Shown: positions 57,801 through 64,000 of the stretch, piece by piece
Layout: every line of letters starts with the position of its first letter
How positions within the stretch are numbered: the stretch's first letter is position 1
Source: Schizochytrium sp. TIO01
Taxonomy: Eukaryota > Protista > Bigyra: Labyrinthulomycetes
DNA: 64,000 bases
NCBI GenBank assembly: GCA_004764695.1
Contig: SMSO01000037.1
Span: 720,747 to 784,746 of the forward strand
Direction of reading: 5' to 3'
The notes under the pieces: generated by a model
What the model saw: the letters and a program-made list of their open reading frames with translations, nothing else
The model's database searches: none
Told to the model about the DNA's origin: nothing
Program-made: the position numbers and the translations under genes

Positions 57801-60734
57801 TTTGCCCTTCTTCAAATCGGTCGGATAGTAAAGAATAAAAACCCAAATGGTGGAGTTTCAAAGATCTCAGAGTTTTCGTTTACTCGTCAATTCGGTTGTC
57901 AAGCACAGCATCTGCAAGGCCCCCAAGGAAGACAGACACCCACTCATATGTAATTATCATATGGTGAACTTTCTACGCTCTTTATTACTGATGCGGGTGT
58001 AAGGACATGATCCTTGCTAGGTAACCATCCTAGGTACTATGTCGGCCTAAAACTCTATCGCTCCAGCAGATCATAAAACTCGTCAAATCTAACAGCGACA
58101 AGAGACGATCATAACCTCATAATCGTCGAGAGCGGAGGAGAACGACCAGCTCTTACAGAAGCGTAGATACGCTGAGCATTGGCAACCGTGCCAATCAAAT
58201 GCCTGCAAATCGACCCATTCTACAACGTTGCCTGCTACTTATAGATTGGCAGGGAGCTCATCAGGTACCTGAAGTAAAAAAGGCACTGGAATTAGGAGGA
58301 GACAACAACTCTTTTCGCCTGTTACCTTCCTTTTGCCCGACTTGTCCACCCTTAGGAGGACTCTTAAGTACTCGTCTATTCACCGTTCTGTAACACTTGC
58401 TCTGTTCTTTCCTTCCTGCGTTCTTTCATATTCTCTGCTGCTCTCTTATTCCACTGTTTCTGCAAAAAGCAGACTTTCATCCACTATGGTTTTTGGTAGG
58501 TACTACCTAGGTACTACTTTTCTTTTTTGGTTTCAGGGACTCGCATTCCCACAGCTGAGTGTGAAAGTGTGCACCGTGAAAGTACGAGATCGCACGAATA
58601 TCGAGGACATGAAATCTTTATTACAACAACCGCAGAGCCTGTCTCTCAAGTAAGTTCACATCTTCGCAGCCCAACGGATCGCCGCAACTTTAGTCATATC
58701 TTGTGGTTTTAGTAGATATCCTTCGGTCGAATTCCAGGCTCTGTTCCTCTAGCGGAGCTGAGGCCTCTTACCCCTTTCTTTAGAGCTTGGCTTTGCTTTG
58801 CTCGGCTTCGTCAAAACCATCTTCTTTCACACAGGGGCTTTTTCACTATACATAGGTATGCATATTTATGAATACTTCTTCTCTTAAAAACTAAAACCCA
58901 ACATCAACATAATAATTTGCTTTCAATCTACTTTCTTAATTGAATTAAAAATTATAAAGAACGAAGCAAAAAACAAAATGACCGGAAGTTTAACTATTTT
59001 TCCCTTTCGTATACTTCTTTGTTTCTAGAGTCGTTAAAAAGCTACTTTGAAAGACCGCTCCTCTCTGTCTTCCCTTTCAATAAAACGTGTTCTCCATCTT
59101 CGAGTCCGCCTTCGCCTTCTTCGCTGCTCGCTTACCCAGGTCCGCCCAAAGCCTCTCTTCTGCACTAACCTGAGGCGTGTCTTCTGCATGTGCGTCTGTT
59201 GGTCTGTCTGACTCTCTGCGCTGCATCATACTTTGCATCACTTCGCAGTGAGTCAACTCCTCAAAGAGCAGCCTGAAACGAAGAAAAGGGCCCAAAAACT
59301 GGAGGAGACCCAAGTTTCCGCAGCTTTTCAAGTGCCTTTCTTTCTTTCTTTCCTTCCTGCGTGGTACCCAGATATGGAGGTCCCCAATAGTAGTACCCGG
59401 TGCGAGATGGATTTCTTCAGAGTGGATGTTTGAGGATAGATCGAGAAGGTACGATGTCAGAAATGCTCCTCTTAAGTTGGCCAACAACGAAGCCCGACCG
59501 GAATACAGGAATCTGGAACCTCAGCTCCTCTCGTCCTATGACGTCTTTCGTTTATAGCCTTCTTCGTTTGCGATGGTTTTGAAGAAGTGGATTTTACTGA
59601 GACATCGATACTTCAACTGTCACTATTTCTTGAAAGCTGCTGTTTGAGTTTTATTTTATTTTATTTACAAATAGAATAGAATAAGATAGAAACATGTTAT
59701 TTTTAATTTTAGAAACAACAATAAGTTAAATTGAAAATAATCATACTAATAATAAGGTACTTAGTGTTTTCAGAGATTGAAAATAATACAAAAAAAATAT
59801 GATGAAAGGCATTCTTCACACTCACACAAGGGCCCTCGAGGCCACTCGGCCGCGGCGGCCTTCAATCCTTCCAGCCTTACACTCGAATAGGATCTTCCGA
59901 AGAACATCACTCGAGGTCTCCTTGAGGAGGTCTGATCCATTTGTTTGTTTGTTCGCTTGCGAGCAAACTTGAAGGTCCGTGGATGCTGCTTGTTCTGCGT
60001 TCTTTTCGACTCTTGCGACGGAGAATAATAAGTGAACAAGGAGGACGAAGAAATGAGCACTTATCGACGGTCGTTCAAAAAGTCATCACAGTTCTCGCGC
60101 TCACCCGCAGTGTTCCATAGTTCTGCGTTCTGTGAATCTCTGAACAATTCCCACAGCCACTCTTTTCGCCTCTCAATCATGCTGTGTTAAGGAGTCAATC
60201 TTCCCTTACAGTTTTTTATGTTTGTTTTTTAACACATTTTGTTTTTGTTTGCATAGGTAACAATTATAAATTATTTATCCACAAAACAGACACACCCTTC
60301 CACCTCTGTTAAACTTTAGGTCTATCATTGCAGATACGCCAAGACCGGTTATTAAAGCGAGTGGAAAACGGAGCAGATTCTGAATATTGGCGGCCTATCA
60401 TTGCTCTGCCATCCTGGAGTTTTGATATGCGCGCGTGTTCACTTGTGTTGTTTACTTTGAGTGCGTGCACGAGTGTCGATGCACTCCAAATTCCTTTTCG
60501 TCTTGTTTTGTCACCTTGCTTTTTAGTGCAAACCTAAAAGCCTTTTGAAAAAGAAAAGAAATGATAGCATCATGACTGATCGAAAGGTTATTATAGTTTA
60601 TAACTTTCTTTTTTCTTTCTTTTCTTTGCTAATTACCTTTATGAGACAAGGAGTTATTGTTTCTAATTGAAACCTTAAAGGTTTTATCTAATTAGAATCA
60701 AAATTTACGAAAAGAAAACAATAAATATGTGCTT

Positions 60735-60942
60735 AAACAAACAAACAAACAAACAAACAAACAAACAAACAAACAAACAAACAAACAAACAAACAAACAA
60801 ACAAACAAACAAACAAACAAACAAACAAACAAACAAACAAACAAACAAACAAACAAACAAACAAACAAACAAACAACAAACAAACAAACAAACATACATA
60901 CATACATACATTCATTCATACATACATACATTCATTCATACA
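60735..60942. repeat. Compound microsatellite (AAAC)~39 followed by (ATAC)/(ATTC)
   Basis: Directly visible, ending ~135 bp upstream of the vWA gene ATG. Confidence 0.96.
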
Positions 60943-61076
60943 TGCATCCACAGATACTGGCACACAAACAAACATCAAACTGTACCACGCGAGACCAGCA
61001 AGAGTAGCAGCACCAGCGACAACAGCGGCAGAGAGGCCTAGCGCTTACCTTCCGCAGTCGTAGCAGGGTTTGCGCG

Positions 61077-63983
61077 ATGGCATCTCTTCCGCAGCCTCGC
61101 TCCCATTCCCGTTCACATTCGCGTTCTTCCTCGTCCTCTTCCTCGTCGCCGTCTTCTTCTTCTCCTTTTTCTTCTTCTTGGGTAGAGAAGAACCAGCATA
61201 AGCTAAACTCTGACGCCAACATGGAAACTATAAACACTAGCGACGTGGCACCCGGGACAGCCCGAGGAGCGCGCAGGGCATCGGCTCCGGCAGGAACGCT
61301 GGACATGCCAGAGGTGGGGCCTTCTCGAGGATTCGAAGAGATCAATTTTACAGTATCGAAACCATCATTTTCATTGAATTCTCAACTTGAATCAGAAACA
61401 GAGACAAACTCAAAAAAGAAGTCACCATCAGCTCATGCTAACGCTAGCTATCTTCATGTGAAGAATGAAGTTGATGGAGAAAGGGAATTTGATGGCCTTT
61501 TTGAAGATGATGGCGAATTGTCAACCGAAGCTGGACCGAAAGTTGGTTGCGAGGCAGTAGAGTACGATAACGATGAAGGGAAAAATCGTAGTGACTCACT
61601 GTCTTCATCTGAATCTTTACCATTTCCGATTTCGCAAAGGTCCCCAAGAAATGAAGAAGGTTCTACGACCACTGACAAAAGCAGTGGCGAAAACCTATAT
61701 GGGGAGTCACGCCTCAAGTTCACATGCACGCTGGTACAGACGAGGGAGTCTACCAAATCTAAGGTGCTGGTCACAGTGAGAGCCCCTGCAGTAGCAGCAG
61801 AAGACGAGCAGACACACCGGCGCAAACGTAAGCCCATTGACCTTGTGGCAGTCCTTGACACGAGTGGGTCTGTGGCAGGAGCGCCGGAAGAACTTTTGAG
61901 GAGATCTCTGGGATTCCTCGTACAGCAACTTTGCGCAGATGAGTCTACCAACATCTGCGAGGGTGACAGACTTGCGGTTGTCACTTTTGCAGACGAGGCT
62001 AAAGTTATCTTGCCACTCACTAGAATGAATTCTGATGGTAAATCCATCGCAGAGACTGTGATTTCAAGAATTAAGGCTGGCGGTGGAACAAATCTCAGCG
62101 CTGGTGTTTTCCGTGGACTTGACATTGTTGAAACGCGAACAGATGCTCGTCCTGTAACCAGTGTACTTCTGCTCACCGACGGTCTCTCAAATAGAGGTGT
62201 GCTTGACGCATCGCGACTTAAACTCGGCGTGGAAATGGCTCTCCAACGCATTGGTGCTCCTACAAGTTTATTCACATTCGGCGTAGGGGATACGCATGAT
62301 GCGAACGGTCTAGTGGAAATGGCACGTGCAAGTGCTGGTGGTGTCTACTCTTTCTTGGAGGGTGCAGAAGAGATCCCGGCATCTTTAGAAAAATGCATTG
62401 GTGGACTGTTCTCTGTGCTTGCACAAAATGTCCGCGTTCACTACGACCCTCTTAAATTTACTCCTCTTGAACCCTGGCGTGCCCATGTACCAGGTGTGCT
62501 TGACATCGGAGACATGTATATGGCTGAGCAAAAGCGTTTTGTATTGGTTAAACGATCCAGCTCTTCGCAGAGCAATCAGCAACGGAAACAAACTCGTCAA
62601 AGTCTTGTTAGTCCCAGCAGGAATCTCAAACAGAAGAAACAGAAGCTCTCACCTTCCAGTACTCATTCAAAACATAGCAAAACCACAAGAATACAAGACG
62701 AGGCTAATCCAGGAGTTGGCGTGCAGTCTGCATTTCGTCTTGAATATTTAGATGTAGCTACTATGTGCCCTTGCGCCGTAGAGCAGATTGCCCATCCGCC
62801 AGCTACAACTGCACAAGCTGCAGAGGTCGCCATGCACGTGGCTTCGCTTTCTAATCTTGCATTGGCACTGCAGGCAATGACCAAGGCAGCACTTCAGACA
62901 GGGCTTCATGCTCACCAAAGTGCTTTAGATGCGTCGTTGTCCACAATCAGGAATTCATCAGCGTTTGAAGCAGGAGACCCTATGAGCGGACGCCTGGTTG
63001 CCCAGCTTGAATTTCTCTCCGCACAAACGCAAAATGAAAAGAAGCATCGAAGGGCACTCTTGTCACTTTCGAACCAGTATGAACTGCAACGGGTCCTGAC
63101 AACTTCTCTTACATCTTCTTCTTCCTCATCATCAAACCCTCCTTTTGTAACCCCACACATAGTGGCTCAGCCTCCAGTTCCCACGGCTAGTGCATTGACC
63201 GTTTCCGAAGTCGCGGCTGCACTTGAGGCCTGCAGCGTTCACACTAATCGTTCGATGCCTTCATCGCAGCATTCTTTTGAGCATGGCAGTTTGCCAAGTT
63301 TGATCAGCACAAGCGACTTCCCGCACGATCTCGAGCGAACGTCGCGTACTGCTTTACCTTCAATGTCGCAGTTTGACTTTCCAGTTGCACATGAAATTCA
63401 TCGCAGCTCAACTGCTCCAGTACAAGCCTCATATGTGACAATTACACCTGCGGATATGTCTACATCAAATCGCCGCCACAGTTCATCCTCAGCAGACTCC
63501 GCAAGGGGCTATGGCTCTGCATCGTCGGATGGAGGCTCACCCACTGCATCGCGCTGGCGTCGTCATACCGGCCGTCTTTTCAGATCCTCCTCAGCCCGGT
63601 CCGCGCCAACACCTTCCGACACAGCACCGCACGAAAATGAGCAACCCGCTTCATTGCAAATTTTGCAGCAACACGAACCGGAAGTAGTGATGCAGCAGCC
63701 AGTAGCTGATAACCAATCTCGTTTTCCTCGTTTTCAGGGCGTGACAAGCACGTCACTTTCATCAAATCAGTCTTTGCAGACAGCACACAGAAGTTTTGTT
63801 CTTGGCAGCCCTCCTTCGTCTGGTTCATTGCCTTCTCCGCCTCCACTCGGCAACGCATCTCAGGCAAATGCTTCTGAAGCCATTCCTGCACGATCTCGGA
63901 GATCTTCTGCAGAAACATCTTCGAGTCGCACATCTGGCGTTCATTCTCTTCGCAACCTCATGGCATTTTTCAAACCCAAGTAA
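61077..63983 (+). CDS. von Willebrand factor A domain protein with long Ser-rich disordered termini (968 aa)
   Basis: PIDLVAVLDTSGSV (MIDAS DxSxS), DRLAVVTF, GGGTNLSAG, VLLLTDG, LFTFGVG and GGLFSVLAQNV, as in plant/fungal vWA proteins. No RING domain seen. Confidence 0.88.
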   Translation: MASLPQPRSHSRSHSRSSSSSSSSPSSSSPFSSSWVEKNQHKLNSDANMETINTSDVAPGTARGARRASAPAGTLDMPEVGPSRGFEEINFTVSKPSFSLNSQLESETETNSKKKSPSAHANASYLHVKNEVDGEREFDGLFEDDGELSTEAGPKVGCEAVEYDNDEGKNRSDSLSSSESLPFPISQRSPRNEEGSTTTDKSSGENLYGESRLKFTCTLVQTRESTKSKVLVTVRAPAVAAEDEQTHRRKRKPIDLVAVLDTSGSVAGAPEELLRRSLGFLVQQLCADESTNICEGDRLAVVTFADEAKVILPLTRMNSDGKSIAETVISRIKAGGGTNLSAGVFRGLDIVETRTDARPVTSVLLLTDGLSNRGVLDASRLKLGVEMALQRIGAPTSLFTFGVGDTHDANGLVEMARASAGGVYSFLEGAEEIPASLEKCIGGLFSVLAQNVRVHYDPLKFTPLEPWRAHVPGVLDIGDMYMAEQKRFVLVKRSSSSQSNQQRKQTRQSLVSPSRNLKQKKQKLSPSSTHSKHSKTTRIQDEANPGVGVQSAFRLEYLDVATMCPCAVEQIAHPPATTAQAAEVAMHVASLSNLALALQAMTKAALQTGLHAHQSALDASLSTIRNSSAFEAGDPMSGRLVAQLEFLSAQTQNEKKHRRALLSLSNQYELQRVLTTSLTSSSSSSSNPPFVTPHIVAQPPVPTASALTVSEVAAALEACSVHTNRSMPSSQHSFEHGSLPSLISTSDFPHDLERTSRTALPSMSQFDFPVAHEIHRSSTAPVQASYVTITPADMSTSNRRHSSSSADSARGYGSASSDGGSPTASRWRRHTGRLFRSSSARSAPTPSDTAPHENEQPASLQILQQHEPEVVMQQPVADNQSRFPRFQGVTSTSLSSNQSLQTAHRSFVLGSPPSSGSLPSPPPLGNASQANASEAIPARSRRSSAETSSSRTSGVHSLRNLMAFFKPK

Positions 63984-64000
63984 ATATAGACCTTATTCCC

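Noticed and set aside
1741-60893. (GTTT)39 and (AAAC)~39 as terminal inverted repeats of a giant element
   Set aside because: Both are common simple repeats. No unique flanking similarity, TSD or transposase/integrase was seen, and the interior holds ordinary host genes.
61454-62275. 273-aa antisense ORF (and similar shadow ORFs inside the P4-ATPase, SPEF2 and FARAT genes)
   Set aside because: They overlap well-supported genes on the opposite strand or another frame and have no recognisable motifs.

Overview
Eukaryotic, intron-poor genomic DNA with many microsatellites and AT-rich spacers. A flagellated stramenopile such as a thraustochytrid/labyrinthulomycete is inferred from the gene content and style, but this is not proven. 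Intact, apparently single-exon genes: a prokaryote-type Na+/glutamate symporter (GltS/ESS family), a gamma-glutamylcyclotransferase (AIG2/GGACT)-SAM-methyltransferase fusion, a P4-ATPase flippase, an orphan acidic protein, a SPEF2/CPC1-like central-pair protein, a p25-alpha/TPPP-domain protein, a divergent cyclin L/T-like protein, a FAR-acyltransferase fusion (FARAT-like, ether lipid synthesis) and a vWA protein. The most striking feature is a cluster of four paralogous genes (27.5-36.3 kb). Each encodes an N-terminal EGF-like module with a fixed insertion and no signal peptide, then about seven predicted TM helices with shared motifs and a Ser-rich tail. Three of the four have an aligned Lys in helix 7. 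This is a candidate uncharacterised GPCR-like, possibly opsin-like, receptor family. Gene-poor stretches (0-5.5, 16-27, 51-61 kb) hold decayed coding remnants (ankyrin gene, possible second P4-ATPase, 180-bp tandem duplication) and a recurrent palindromic intergenic motif, GTAGGTACTACCT. No rRNA, confident tRNA, CRISPR array or transposase was seen.
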